A stretch of DNA of 64,000 bases from Candidatus Poribacteria bacterium (GCA_965218095.1 OZ244587.1:6112001-6176000); one strand, 5' to 3'; numbered from the stretch's first letter, positions 37,185 to 47,793 are shown. A program made the numbers and translations. Notes: a model not told the origin generated them from the letters alone.

Positions 37185-39251
37185 ATGATACGAGCAAATG
37201 TTCAACGACAACGATGGATAGGCTTGGGGTTCTCCATCATAATGGTGTGCATATCCACGCCGCTGTTCGCCAACAGTCGAAATGACGGTCGCATAATCAG
37301 AGCCAAATGGTTGGACGAACCGCCCGTTATTGACGGCGCGCTCTCGGAAGGCATTTGGCAGAACGCGGAGATCGCTGACAATTTTTTCCGTGCGGGAAGC
37401 TCTCGCGGTGTCCCCGCAAAATTGAATACTAAAGCGATGGTATTGTATGATGCAAACACACTCTATGTTGGGGTGCATTGTGATGAACCGAATATGAAAG
37501 CCCTACGTGAGACGCAAACCCGTCGTGATGCGCCTGTGTGGCAGGATGATACCGTTCAGGTGCTGCTCGATACCTATAACGATCAGCGCAGTTGCTATGT
37601 TTTCGCAGTTAATACATTGGGAACACAGATGGATCAGAAAATCAGCGACGAGAGCAACTTCGATCAGCGGTGGGACGCAAAATGGGAGGCAAAGGTCAAG
37701 AAAAATGGCAACCACTGGACAGCGGAAATGGCCATCCCCTTTAGCGAACTCCGTTTTGATCCGCGAGTGACCACGTGGGGCATCAACTTTCGGAGACCCC
37801 ACCCGATGGATGGCGAGCACTATTCGTGGTCAGACACAGGGGATAATCTTGGTCGCATCTCAGAATTTGGCAAGTTAGCGGATCTGGATTTCAGCAAAGT
37901 GAATACGGATCGCAAAATCGGTGTTCTCCCCTACGTCACGCAGCGCGCTGTGGAAAACCAACCACATGATACGAATACCGGTGTGGATCTCATTATCCCG
38001 GTTTCAACGAATATCACCACGAACCTGACTTTCAATCCTGACTTTTCACAACTGGAGAGTGATTCAACTCGAATTAGCATATCGAGCAATCGGGAGTTGT
38101 TTCTCCCTGAGCGGCGTCCATTTTTCCGCGAGGGAGCAGAGTTGTTTGAACTTCCGCTCGACTTGCTCTACACACGCCGGGTTCAAGAGATTGATTACGG
38201 CGTGAAATCAACGGGCAAAGTTGGGGGTTACAATTTTGCTGTGATCGATACTTACGGCACGATGATTGATCGTTACGACGACGATCAGAAGAAGCAAGCA
38301 AACCTCTTTGCGGGGCGAGTGAGCCGGAATATTGGTGAGCGATCGATGATTGGGGCGATGGGGGTTCAAAAGCATCAAGAAGATCGAGATGTGATACTAC
38401 TCTCACTTGATGGCAGATTTTCCCCTCATCGTGACTGGATGGCTAGATCGCAATTTGTGACGGACTCGATCAATGGCGAGGTGCACTGGGCATACCACAC
38501 GTCGATGAACTGGCAGAATGAAAGCGGTTGGGGGGCGGGCATCCGCCTCGAAGAGATCCAAGATGGCTTTCGTCCGAATGAAACCGGACTCGAAGATGAG
38601 GCGTTTCGCAAGATCGTTAGCCGCTTGCAGTACAGGCATCAGTTCGCCGAAGGAAATTCAATCCAGGGATTTTACGTCAAAGGCTACCACCTCTATCAAA
38701 CCAATAGGCAAAAGCTGTTACGCGACCGTCGTGTCGGTTTGTCTGGAGGGGTTAATATTGGAAAATTTGACCTGTACACCTTCAGTGGGATTGGGGTACG
38801 ACGTGAAAGCGGGAAGCTCTTTAATCGGAAGTATGTCGGTTCACGGATGGGCTATCGCCCCAAATGGGGAAATCTACGGCTCTACAACCGATTTGGGCCG
38901 CGTCAGGAGAAATTCAGTCGGTTCACCAGCTTGTCCGCTGATGTCAACCTCTTCAGCAAACTCACGCTTAATTTGAACATCAATAATTTCTTCTGGCATG
39001 AACATCGAAATACGCTCATCTTCCGTATCCGCAGCAATTACCAATTTACGCGGCAAATCGGTTGGCAGATATATGTGGAAAGAATAGATGAACGTCTTGA
39101 AAACGAGGTCACATACAATTTCAACTCAGTCTTTGATTACCGGTTTACGCCTGAAAGTCATCTCTTCTTTGTCTTCGCCGATAGCATCAATGGGGAGCGT
39201 GCGGTGTTGACCAAAATGTCGTATCTGTTTGAATCGGATCTTCTGTTTTAA
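37185..39251 (+). CDS. Exported CBM9-like/DUF5916 protein with probable outer-membrane beta-barrel C-terminus
   Basis: Signal peptide; PVIDG.LSE..W, RRD, WTAEMAIPF, WGINF; NPDFSQLESD, PERRPFF.EG; C-terminal aromatic beta-strand pattern. Confidence 0.85.
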   Translation: MIRANVQRQRWIGLGFSIIMVCISTPLFANSRNDGRIIRAKWLDEPPVIDGALSEGIWQNAEIADNFFRAGSSRGVPAKLNTKAMVLYDANTLYVGVHCDEPNMKALRETQTRRDAPVWQDDTVQVLLDTYNDQRSCYVFAVNTLGTQMDQKISDESNFDQRWDAKWEAKVKKNGNHWTAEMAIPFSELRFDPRVTTWGINFRRPHPMDGEHYSWSDTGDNLGRISEFGKLADLDFSKVNTDRKIGVLPYVTQRAVENQPHDTNTGVDLIIPVSTNITTNLTFNPDFSQLESDSTRISISSNRELFLPERRPFFREGAELFELPLDLLYTRRVQEIDYGVKSTGKVGGYNFAVIDTYGTMIDRYDDDQKKQANLFAGRVSRNIGERSMIGAMGVQKHQEDRDVILLSLDGRFSPHRDWMARSQFVTDSINGEVHWAYHTSMNWQNESGWGAGIRLEEIQDGFRPNETGLEDEAFRKIVSRLQYRHQFAEGNSIQGFYVKGYHLYQTNRQKLLRDRRVGLSGGVNIGKFDLYTFSGIGVRRESGKLFNRKYVGSRMGYRPKWGNLRLYNRFGPRQEKFSRFTSLSADVNLFSKLTLNLNINNFFWHEHRNTLIFRIRSNYQFTRQIGWQIYVERIDERLENEVTYNFNSVFDYRFTPESHLFFVFADSINGERAVLTKMSYLFESDLLF

Positions 39252-39380
39252 TACCGGGTATGTTTAGAGCTTATCCCAAAACTCTAATGAATGTACAGTA
39301 AACATCCAACGGAGCCCGTTGTTCTGTGAAAGATAATCTTGCAATTTGCACATTTTCAAAATCCGTCCGTATAGCTTGCC

Positions 39381-39702
39381 CTAATTCTTCAAAATAGGTT
39401 CGAGTTGTTTCGGCTATCGATCAAATTCCTGTTGTTGAGATGTCTACTCTAGCAGATCGGCTTCCCACATGGGATGGATCTGATTCAAGTGACGTAGGAA
39501 GGCTTGATCATCAATAACTTTGGTATGAAACGCATCATAGGGCATGCCATATTGGATTTGAACGCTTTAGGGGCTCGATACACTCTAAAATCTTATCAAT
39601 GAGGTATTTTTTCAACGCGAGATGCATGATTTCATCCAGATTGCCGAATGAAGTCACGGATTCTAGGATCCAATCCTCCAGTTGAAGTTCGACAGTTCGC
39701 AA
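39381..39702 (-). pseudogene. Degraded small gene resembling an antitoxin-like protein
   Basis: AGGAGG then TTG: MRTVELQLEDWILESV..ALKKYLIDK; after a break QYGMPYDAFHTKV..HPMWEADLLE*; several stops. Confidence 0.45.
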
Positions 39703-39782
39703 TGCAACGACCTCCTTTCACAAACTTGAAGTATAGTTGGTGAAATGTGAAACGAATCCTTCCTTATCTTCCTACCTATCCT

Positions 39783-41876
39783 TCAAATCCGATTCGCGAA
39801 AAACACTTCCGTGACCGCCAACAGAAACAGCCCAAGCATCACATACCACCATATCCCCTGATTCTTCTCTACCTTTTCGTGATACTGCGTAATCTGCTCC
39901 GGCGTGACGACGTTTGAAGCGACAGCTTCGGCGTCGCCGGTCAACATGCTTGTCAACTCCTCCGGATCGCGGGCAGTGAGATCGGATTCGATTGTGTCTG
40001 GATTGACGGCAAAATAGCGCGGTTGTGTTCCGGAGACGTGCGCCGAATAGACTCCCGGATAGTCGGTGGCATCGTAGAAAACGCTGCCACTTTCGTTGAT
40101 TTTTGTCCGGGTCTCCTCACCGATTGTATTGAAAATTGCGACTTCTGTTCCCGCTGGCAACTCATAGCCGCTTAACTCGACCAGTCCACTGATGCGGTAG
40201 TCAGTCCGCTCATCCGTCCGCTTGAGTGCAAGGTATTTAATCGCTTCGTGCAGGAATGGCAGATAGACACCGTGAATCGGTAGGTCTGTCCACTCGCGGT
40301 CGATTGTCGAGGTGAAGCACAGGACGCGCCCGCTTCCGTAAATCTTCTCAAACAGCGCAGGGCTTCCATCATCAAAACTCGCCAACACAGCCGAATTTGC
40401 CAACGGCACAGCCTGAAGATATCGATAGAATCTGCCTTTTCCGAAATCACCATGATTCGGATCTTTGAACGGACGAAAAATCGGGTGGTTGTAGTTGAGG
40501 GTTGCGATTACACGAAACTCTTCGTGGTCTAGCGCATCGCCGACAGGCTGCACAAAGTTGCACGGCATCAATGGTTCTTCTCCTGAAGCAAGTGCCCCCC
40601 GATACGCCTCCAGATCGAGGCGATCGCCGGCGGTGACAATCAAGCCGCCGCCCACGCCGACAAACGCCCGCAAGGTTTCGGCTTCGGCGCCGCTCAGGTG
40701 TTTCACGTTTGCTAGAATCAGGACATCATATTTTTTCAGGACTGTCGAACTTGGCAGGCGAAGGGATTCCGTAAAATCTATCGGGATAATCTGTTGGGCA
40801 GGTTCAAGCGCCATCTGCAAAAAGAAGGTTTCATTTTCATAATCACGCTTCCCCGGTTCGCCGTTGACGCAATGCACCTTAATCGATTTCAGGCTTTGCA
40901 GGAAGAAATACCGTGTGTCGTCAATCTCCAAATCATCGTCAGGCAGCGCGGCGTAGCCGGTATGAATCTTCTCTGTTCTGAACCACACCTGAAACAGGGC
41001 ATCCATCACGTCATTTGGCTCAATATCGATCTGAGTTGTGCCGACGAGGTTATTATCGACAAACAGTTGTACCGGTAGCTCTTCGACTGCTTGAGCCCCG
41101 AAGTTCTGTACGCGGACAATCACCTGTGCCGGCTTCTGCTCATTCAGCACCACTTGCGGCACGCTCATGCCGGTAATTGCGAGATTGCCTGGTTCTTTCG
41201 CGCTCACATCGACAAAGGCAATTTCAACGTCGGGGGGCAGTTTATCGGTGTCAACGAAGTTCTCCCACCCGATTCTCTGCAAATCGCTAACGAAGTAGAT
41301 CTGCTTCTGCCCGATATTCGCACCCTGAAGGATTTCATCCGCTGATTGGATTGCGTCGAGGTAATCGGTGGTGCGATTGGTCAGCTTTGCACTCATCACC
41401 CCGGATCTGATCAGCTCGTGTTCTGAACCGAGTGGTTTAACGACCTCTGCTTTGTGGGCGGTGAAAATCAGCGCAGAAGTGTCACCTTGATAGAGTTCAT
41501 TAGCGAGCTTCATCGCCTCCTTTTTCGCTCGATCAAAGGTATCGCGGTAGCCCATGCTGTAAGAGGTATCCAGGATTATTACGACATTTCGCCTGCCTCC
41601 CATTTCCCCCGTTGCGGCGGGCGTCGCTGCGAAAAATGGACGTGCAAACGCGATTCCGAGCAGCGCCAAGATCAGGATCCGCATCAACAGCAGGATCAGT
41701 TGTTTCAACCGATGCCGCTGAACATTGACCTGATGGGACATCCTGATGAATCGGATCGTGCTGAAAACGAGTCGTCTCGCCCGTTCCCGGTTGAGGAGGT
41801 GGATAATCAGGGGCAGCGACGCAGCCGCCGCGCCGGCAACGAGGAATAGGGAGGTTAGGAATTGGAGTCCAAACAT
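39783..41876 (-). CDS. BatA/VWA domain-containing membrane protein
   Basis: PLIIHLLNR..LAFARP-like BatA N-terminus; MIDAS DTSYS; C-terminal TM helix. Confidence 0.9.
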   Translation of the reverse strand: MFGLQFLTSLFLVAGAAAASLPLIIHLLNRERARRLVFSTIRFIRMSHQVNVQRHRLKQLILLLMRILILALLGIAFARPFFAATPAATGEMGGRRNVVIILDTSYSMGYRDTFDRAKKEAMKLANELYQGDTSALIFTAHKAEVVKPLGSEHELIRSGVMSAKLTNRTTDYLDAIQSADEILQGANIGQKQIYFVSDLQRIGWENFVDTDKLPPDVEIAFVDVSAKEPGNLAITGMSVPQVVLNEQKPAQVIVRVQNFGAQAVEELPVQLFVDNNLVGTTQIDIEPNDVMDALFQVWFRTEKIHTGYAALPDDDLEIDDTRYFFLQSLKSIKVHCVNGEPGKRDYENETFFLQMALEPAQQIIPIDFTESLRLPSSTVLKKYDVLILANVKHLSGAEAETLRAFVGVGGGLIVTAGDRLDLEAYRGALASGEEPLMPCNFVQPVGDALDHEEFRVIATLNYNHPIFRPFKDPNHGDFGKGRFYRYLQAVPLANSAVLASFDDGSPALFEKIYGSGRVLCFTSTIDREWTDLPIHGVYLPFLHEAIKYLALKRTDERTDYRISGLVELSGYELPAGTEVAIFNTIGEETRTKINESGSVFYDATDYPGVYSAHVSGTQPRYFAVNPDTIESDLTARDPEELTSMLTGDAEAVASNVVTPEQITQYHEKVEKNQGIWWYVMLGLFLLAVTEVFFANRI

Positions 41877-41944
41877 AAGGTTGATCCTTGTCTTTGGGAT
41901 ATGGCTTTCTTATGTAATGGTTAGGGAGATAGTAGATACTGACG

Positions 41945-41991
41945 GCTTCGGCGTGAGCTCAGACCTCGGCGAGCTCGGTCGGCCGTCGAAG
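41945..41991. repeat. Short nested palindromic repeat
   Basis: cttcggcgtgagctcag[acctcggcgagctcggtcgg]ccgtcgaag. Confidence 0.4.
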
Positions 41992-42032
41992 GCTGTCGTA
42001 AACGAAGATGCAACCATTGTCGTCTATGAGCC

Positions 42033-42287
42033 CTATTGGGGACATGCCTTGAGAAGCACGCCCCTTGCTCTCTGGCGTGTTTCAACATCATTTGCATACA
42101 GATCTGGTTGAATCAGATGGACGCCCAATGCGTTCCCAAGGCGGGCGAGTTGATACGCGGCTGCCCGCTGGATAGTGGGATTCGGGTGTTCCAGCGCCCC
42201 CTCCACGTCCGCCATAGTTACCCCTTTTGCACCGGCAACAGCCCAATTTGACATTATCTGCGGGTCACTAATTTTAGCGAAAACCAT
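42033..42287 (-). pseudogene. HEAT-repeat protein fragment
   Basis: ALEHPNPTIQRAAAYQLARLG and DVETRQRARGVL; only 84 aa. Confidence 0.5.
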
Positions 42288-42431
42288 GGATCAATCAAAC
42301 CCTGCTGCGAATCTGGAATCTGATTGTGCTCCGATTGTCGCTCGTAATGTCACATAGTGACGGAGGAAATGGCAAGGTGATTACCCCATTTCTTGGATGC
42401 ACTTATTTTTGACATGAGCCAAATTCTTTCA

Positions 42432-44063
42432 TTATCGGACCTCTATTTCCAGTTGCTGGTTTTGGAGGGCTGTACGTTCTGTCCTGCGGAATGTGACATC
42501 AACGGGGGTCTGGGGATATTCGATCCCATCTCCTGCGAGCAGTTCCTCAATCGTCCGAATCTGAATCTTTGGATACGTCCTGTGAGTGACGTGAAGCCAT
42601 TGAAAGCGACCCGCCGTCGCTGCTTCCTTAACCATCAGCTGGGTTGGCAGGCTCAGCGTGATAAAGACGCCGATCACAGCGCCCTGACTATCGACAACCG
42701 ATTTCAGTTCCCGTATGTCCTTGACAGAGACCTTCCCACTTTTTACCTGAACGACAATCTTCTGGGTCAGCGTCTTTTTCGGGTTGTCTGGATCAACGTC
42801 CTGATAATAGATTACCCCATCCACGCCTTCGTCCGCTCCCTTCTTTTTGCCCTGATAAGGTCTTGCCCGAATCAGACTTAACGCCCACCACTGGAATTGA
42901 TACCGATCCTGATTGGCTAAAGCCCTCGCGCTCGCCTCATCTTTTGGCTCACCGATGACTTCGTATTTCACATCGTCACCGAAGGCATCAGCGAGACGGT
43001 ATTTCAATAAGGCGATGGCAAGGTGTGTGATGTCAATACCAATCCATCGGCGGTTAAGCCGCTGAGCAACAGCGATAGCCGTTCCGCAACCGCAGAAGGC
43101 GTCCAATACAACATCGCCTTCATCGCTACTGGCTTCAATAATTCGCTCAAGCAATGCTTCAGGTTTTTGGGTAGGGTAGCCAAGCCGTTCTTTCCCTGCG
43201 TGTTTCAGGGATGGTATATTCAGCCAAATATCACCAATGGGTCTACCCTGTGACTCATCTACGTATTGTTTTAATCTCGGATAGCCTGTACTAGAGTAGT
43301 AAATCTTATCCTGTCTATCCAGTTCAGCCATTTTTTCTTTGGTAAATAACCACGTCCTTGTATGACCATTCCACTTATACGTTAAGTTCGGGCGGTCTTT
43401 GTTATAATTAGTCAAGTTCTGTGAAGCGAATCTGCGTCCCGTTCCTTCCTCAATATGAGGAAAACGTTTCTCAATTTCGCCTTCAGCATAAGGCTCAAAT
43501 TGCGAATGAAACTGAGGTCTGTTGGATTTACTGTAAAAAAAGAGAGTATCATGAATTGCACCAAACTGAAAATCCGCGTTACCATGTGCATGAGTGCGTT
43601 TCCAGATAATCTCATTCCGAAAAGTCTGGACTCCAAAAACCTGATCAAGGATAATCTTCAGATAATGCGATGCCGTGGGATCGCAATGGAGATAAAAATT
43701 CCCTGTCAGCTTCAGGACGCGGTGGAGCTCCACCAATCGTAACCCCATCATCACGAGGTACGCCATCAGGTTCGTCTCTGTGAGGAAGCCGCGAAAACTC
43801 TTGATCGTCTCAACCAGAAGGTGTGGCGCGGTCTCGACCAACTCATGATATGCTTGCTCGGTGGTTTCGCCCCAACGCCATGTATCTTCAAAGGCTTGAA
43901 TCTGTGCCTGCGACGACGAGCCATCCGTTTCGCTGAAAATCACGTTGTATGCTTGATTCGAGTTGAACGGCGGATCGATGTAAATCAGATCGACGCTTTC
44001 ATCGGGGATGTGGGTTCGTAAAATGTCCAGATTGTCGCCATAGTAGAGTTGGTTCGTATTCAC
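42432..44063 (-). CDS. Beta-class N4/N6 DNA methyltransferase fused to a C-terminal Mrr-like nuclease domain
   Basis: YYGDNL, DPPF, YPTQKP, DAFCGCGT; C-terminal DEGVDG..VQVKSG. Confidence 0.9.
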   Translation of the reverse strand: MNTNQLYYGDNLDILRTHIPDESVDLIYIDPPFNSNQAYNVIFSETDGSSSQAQIQAFEDTWRWGETTEQAYHELVETAPHLLVETIKSFRGFLTETNLMAYLVMMGLRLVELHRVLKLTGNFYLHCDPTASHYLKIILDQVFGVQTFRNEIIWKRTHAHGNADFQFGAIHDTLFFYSKSNRPQFHSQFEPYAEGEIEKRFPHIEEGTGRRFASQNLTNYNKDRPNLTYKWNGHTRTWLFTKEKMAELDRQDKIYYSSTGYPRLKQYVDESQGRPIGDIWLNIPSLKHAGKERLGYPTQKPEALLERIIEASSDEGDVVLDAFCGCGTAIAVAQRLNRRWIGIDITHLAIALLKYRLADAFGDDVKYEVIGEPKDEASARALANQDRYQFQWWALSLIRARPYQGKKKGADEGVDGVIYYQDVDPDNPKKTLTQKIVVQVKSGKVSVKDIRELKSVVDSQGAVIGVFITLSLPTQLMVKEAATAGRFQWLHVTHRTYPKIQIRTIEELLAGDGIEYPQTPVDVTFRRTERTALQNQQLEIEVR

Positions 44064-44189
44064 TGATTACCTCTTATTCCAGAAAGAAGGAGTAATCTTC
44101 AGGCTCGTCATACACGATTTTTCAAGGAAATTTGAGAGTTTCATTCTTACTACATTTCACCAGAACGGTTGTTTACAAACGACCAATTG

Positions 44190-44405
44190 TTAGACAGCAG
44201 CCACATCAATAAACGCTACTGTTGACGATGGCAACGGAACAACAAAACCATCTTCTCGCAGACCTTCGATATGAAATTGAATCGCTTCTGCAATCAATCT
44301 GCGCACTTCATCCATCGTTTCGCCTATTGCGACACAGCCGGGTAGCTCTGGCACATAGGCACTGTAACTATTCGCATCTTTTTCAAAAATAACGAGGTAT
44401 TGCAT
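44190..44405 (-). CDS. HicB-family antitoxin (orphan)
   Basis: YLVIFEK..YSAYVPELPGCVAIGET.DE....IAEAIQFHIEGL; no hicA adjacent. Confidence 0.85.
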   Translation of the reverse strand: MQYLVIFEKDANSYSAYVPELPGCVAIGETMDEVRRLIAEAIQFHIEGLREDGFVVPLPSSTVAFIDVAAV

Positions 44406-44423
44406 CCCAGCCATCTTTTTCAA

Positions 44424-44657
44424 TCAACCTAATGAGGTCTCTAACCTCATTGGATAGTGTTTCTCTTCATAAGCATGTATGACCGCACCCAGCGTATCAA
44501 GGAGTTCATACAAAGGATGTCCTTCATTATCACCAACTTCATCGATTAGCGCGTTCAGCCGCTCAATTGCCAGATCGTATTCGTTTTCATTGCGAATTGA
44601 AAAAAGCGGACGCACAATACGCCAGTGTGCCTGAATGTCGTCTGTAATTACGCTCAT
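44424..44657 (-). pseudogene. Truncated HigA-like antitoxin (HTH lost)
   Basis: IRNENEYDLA..L.ALID..LLDTLG.VI.AYEEKHYP then ends. Confidence 0.7.
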
Positions 44658-44776
44658 TTCTTCCAGTCCCCTTTGTCATATTCTGCGTGAGTCAATACAT
44701 GACGAACATAGACTTTTCCATGATTGAAATGGTTCCAGAACTCGCGCAGTGCCTTTCTGCTGATTGTAGCAGGCAT
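44654..44776 (-). pseudogene. HigB-like toxin with an in-frame internal deletion (40 aa left)
   Basis: ISRKALREFW joined directly to KVYVRHVLTHAEYDKGDWK; ATGA overlap with higA. Confidence 0.75.
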
Positions 44777-44813
44777 CGGCTAAATCTGGCTCTAGGCGCA
44801 TAGTGGTATTATA

Positions 44814-45746
44814 TCATATCAGCCCCTCCCGTTTGGCAAGATAGGAGGACAGTGCGTAATCAACGGGCGTTGCGGTGTCAATCGTGTTATAGTCAATGTT
44901 AGATCTGCTCAATTCCAACTTGTAGTGATTAATGAAATCGTGCAAATGGCTGAGGTAGCTTTGACGAATCGCCTGCGGCGTTGCGATAATCTCTTCGTCA
45001 GTTTCGGCATCAACGAAACGCGCCACGCGCTCAAATGCAAATTCTAACTCCTGACGGTCTAAAATATGAAAAACAATCACCTCGTGTCCGTCATAACAGA
45101 GGTGTTCAAGGGCTTTCACGACCGTGTCGGGGTCATCCTCGTAGAGGTCAGAAATCAGGATAACCAATCCGCGTTTGGTGAGGCGTTCGGCGATCTGGTG
45201 GATGGGTTCCCCCATGTGCGTGAGTTTATTGGTTTTGAGACGTTCAAGTGTCAGCAAAATCGAGTGGAGATGGGCGGGGGAACTTCGGGCGGGGAGGTAT
45301 TCGTGGAGTTTTTCGTCAAAGCAGGCAAATCCGACGGCATCCCGTTGCTTTGCCATGAAATACGCGATCGAAGCGATAAGGTAGCTGGCGTATTGCAACT
45401 TCGCCAGATCGCCGGAACCGTAGGTCATTGATTCGCTTGTGTCAAGAAGGAGATAACAGTTGAGGTTCGTTTCCTCCTCAAACTGTTTGATGTAGTAGCG
45501 GTCTGTCCGTCCATAGACCTTCCAATCGATGTGTTTGGTGTCGTCTCCGGGCATGTATTGGCGATACTGCGCAAACTCCACGCTGAAGCCGTGATGGGGG
45601 CTTTTGTGGAGTCCTGAGATAAATCCTTCGACGACAAATTTTGCAATGAGCTCCAGATTTCCGATTTTGGCTAATGTGGTGGGATCTAAATAACGACGTC
45701 CTTCTTGACCCTCGCTACGTGGTACTTTATTTCGTTCAACTTGCAT
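44814..45746 (-). CDS. DUF58 domain-containing protein
   Basis: G.HKSP..GFSVEFAQYRQY.PGDD..IDWK, FEEETN, LDTSESM, ISD. Confidence 0.93.
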   Translation of the reverse strand: MQVERNKVPRSEGQEGRRYLDPTTLAKIGNLELIAKFVVEGFISGLHKSPHHGFSVEFAQYRQYMPGDDTKHIDWKVYGRTDRYYIKQFEEETNLNCYLLLDTSESMTYGSGDLAKLQYASYLIASIAYFMAKQRDAVGFACFDEKLHEYLPARSSPAHLHSILLTLERLKTNKLTHMGEPIHQIAERLTKRGLVILISDLYEDDPDTVVKALEHLCYDGHEVIVFHILDRQELEFAFERVARFVDAETDEEIIATPQAIRQSYLSHLHDFINHYKLELSRSNIDYNTIDTATPVDYALSSYLAKREGLI

Positions 45747-45902
45747 TGAATTTATCCTGATAGATTCACAAACGATTACGGGATGGGTGAAACCTGAGTT
45801 CAAAAATTCAGGAGTTCAATGCCCCAATGACCAGTGAACCAATGGACTGATGAACTCGTGAACCCATTTGCCGGTTCCCTTCCTTCCATTTCTTTCCTTC
45901 CA

Positions 45903-47714
45903 TCACTTCTTCTTCAAGACCATCAACGTCAGATCATCAAACTGCTCGGCTTCCCCCTGAAATTCGATGACATGATTGTAAATGCCTGTGCAAATCTCGT
46001 TGGCGCTTGCAGCGCGCAGACGTTTCGCTATCGCCTCTAAACGATCTTCTCCATACAGTTCATCGTGGATATTCAAAGTTTCTGTGACGCCATCGGTGTA
46101 GAACACGACAACATCTCCACTGCCAAGTTCAGTGATTTCCTGTTCGTATTCCGATATTTGAAGAATCATATCGTCAGGAAACATGCCTAACATCACACCG
46201 CCCTTTTCCAAGTACTTACAGCGTCCATCGCTCCGGATCGCCAGCGGGTAGTTATGTCCCGCGTTGATTGATGTCAGTCGATCTGTTTCCGGCTGTAACT
46301 GGGCATAGAAGAAAGTTGCAAATTTACCAACTGTACTGCTCGCATAAAGCAGCGAGTTGAGTGTCACAGCCATACTTGGCAGATCTCTTTGTCTCGACAC
46401 CTCTGATAGCAAACCCGCCCGTAATGTCGCCATGAGCAGCGCGGCTTGCATGCCTTTGCCGGAGACGTCGGCAATCGCAAACCCCCATGAACCATCCGAC
46501 TTCTGAATGTAATCGTAGTAATCTCCTCCAACACCACCGCGGGGCTGGTAACGCCCCGCCACCTCATAGCCGGGGATTTCTGGCAGGGTGTCAGGAATCA
46601 GATTTTTTTGGATTTTTGCTGCTTCTTCCATTTCCGCTTGTAATCGACGCCCCTCAAGCGCCTCCTGGTAAAGCTGCACATTTTCGATCGCCACGCCAGC
46701 TTGATTGGCAAAGGCTTCGAGCAAAACGCCATCTTCACTGGTAAAGTCCAGGGTAACACCACCTCTTCCTTCCTTATCGGCGACAACTAACACCCCCAGC
46801 GTACTTTCACGTCCGCGCATGGGCACAGCCATGAGGTTTCTTCTGCCAAACAGTGTGGCTGTTTCTTCATCATTGCAGATTAATGTGTTGCCTTGCAGCC
46901 CCACTTCAGCAAGCATGGATAGCGCCGGAGGCACGTCTTGATCCGTTTTCAGGGGAACCGATAGGTTTTCCAGTTCAGGATCGAATTTTGGATCAAGGGT
47001 GAACAGGTTTTTCATCTCAAGCCGTTGTATGAATGGATTAATGAGCATCAGCCCACCCGTACCAGCATCTAAAAGGGTGACCGCATGGTTCACCACTTCT
47101 TCTTGTACAACCTCCGCATCCAGCAGCTTGCAAATCTGGGTGGCGGCGTCAGAAAGCATGAAAAGGCGAAACTTCTCAGCGCGAGTCTCATCCAGCAGGC
47201 GTGAATAAGCAATTGCAATTGAGATCTGGTTGGCTAGCACATTTAATAACTCTCGGTTCCAATCTTCTATCGCCCCCTTCGTCAAAAAACGTCCGAGGCT
47301 GATAACACCCAGGAATTCATCACGTATCTTTAAGGGCGCCCAGACATTCGCGCCGAGTGCTTCCAACTGGGGTTGGATTTGATTCAAAAACGGCTCCAGG
47401 GACGGCGGAGGGCTGGACAGATCAATAATCGAAAACCGAAGCAGTGTGGCAATCTCATCGGGAGCTACCGGAATGATCAGCGATTCATCATTGATATTAA
47501 TCGATGATTCGATTGCAAGGTAATTCCTGGTTGGGTGAAAGAGCAGAATCGCGCATTTGGTCACTTGCAATGTGCCGTGGATCATCCGCAGATACGTCCT
47601 GCTCGATACTTTAAAGTTGCCGTGTCCAGAGATAATTGTTTCACCAAGTATTTCAAGCTCAGACAGGCTAAAAATCAGCCGTTGTATTGTCTCTTCAGCA
47701 GAAACCGATTGCAT
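45903..47714 (-). CDS. GAF-GAF-SpoIIE (RsbU-like PP2C) phosphatase
   Basis: Two GAF-like segments; VGGDYYD, ADVSGKG, NAGH, YTDGVTE, QFDDLT. Confidence 0.93.
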   Translation of the reverse strand: MQSVSAEETIQRLIFSLSELEILGETIISGHGNFKVSSRTYLRMIHGTLQVTKCAILLFHPTRNYLAIESSININDESLIIPVAPDEIATLLRFSIIDLSSPPPSLEPFLNQIQPQLEALGANVWAPLKIRDEFLGVISLGRFLTKGAIEDWNRELLNVLANQISIAIAYSRLLDETRAEKFRLFMLSDAATQICKLLDAEVVQEEVVNHAVTLLDAGTGGLMLINPFIQRLEMKNLFTLDPKFDPELENLSVPLKTDQDVPPALSMLAEVGLQGNTLICNDEETATLFGRRNLMAVPMRGRESTLGVLVVADKEGRGGVTLDFTSEDGVLLEAFANQAGVAIENVQLYQEALEGRRLQAEMEEAAKIQKNLIPDTLPEIPGYEVAGRYQPRGGVGGDYYDYIQKSDGSWGFAIADVSGKGMQAALLMATLRAGLLSEVSRQRDLPSMAVTLNSLLYASSTVGKFATFFYAQLQPETDRLTSINAGHNYPLAIRSDGRCKYLEKGGVMLGMFPDDMILQISEYEQEITELGSGDVVVFYTDGVTETLNIHDELYGEDRLEAIAKRLRAASANEICTGIYNHVIEFQGEAEQFDDLTLMVLKKK

Positions 47715-47793
47715 CTCTTAACCTCTGATAGGCTTATGAGTTTATGATAACTCAATTCTTGAAACAATTTTTCAGTATTAAACTTTACATTCT

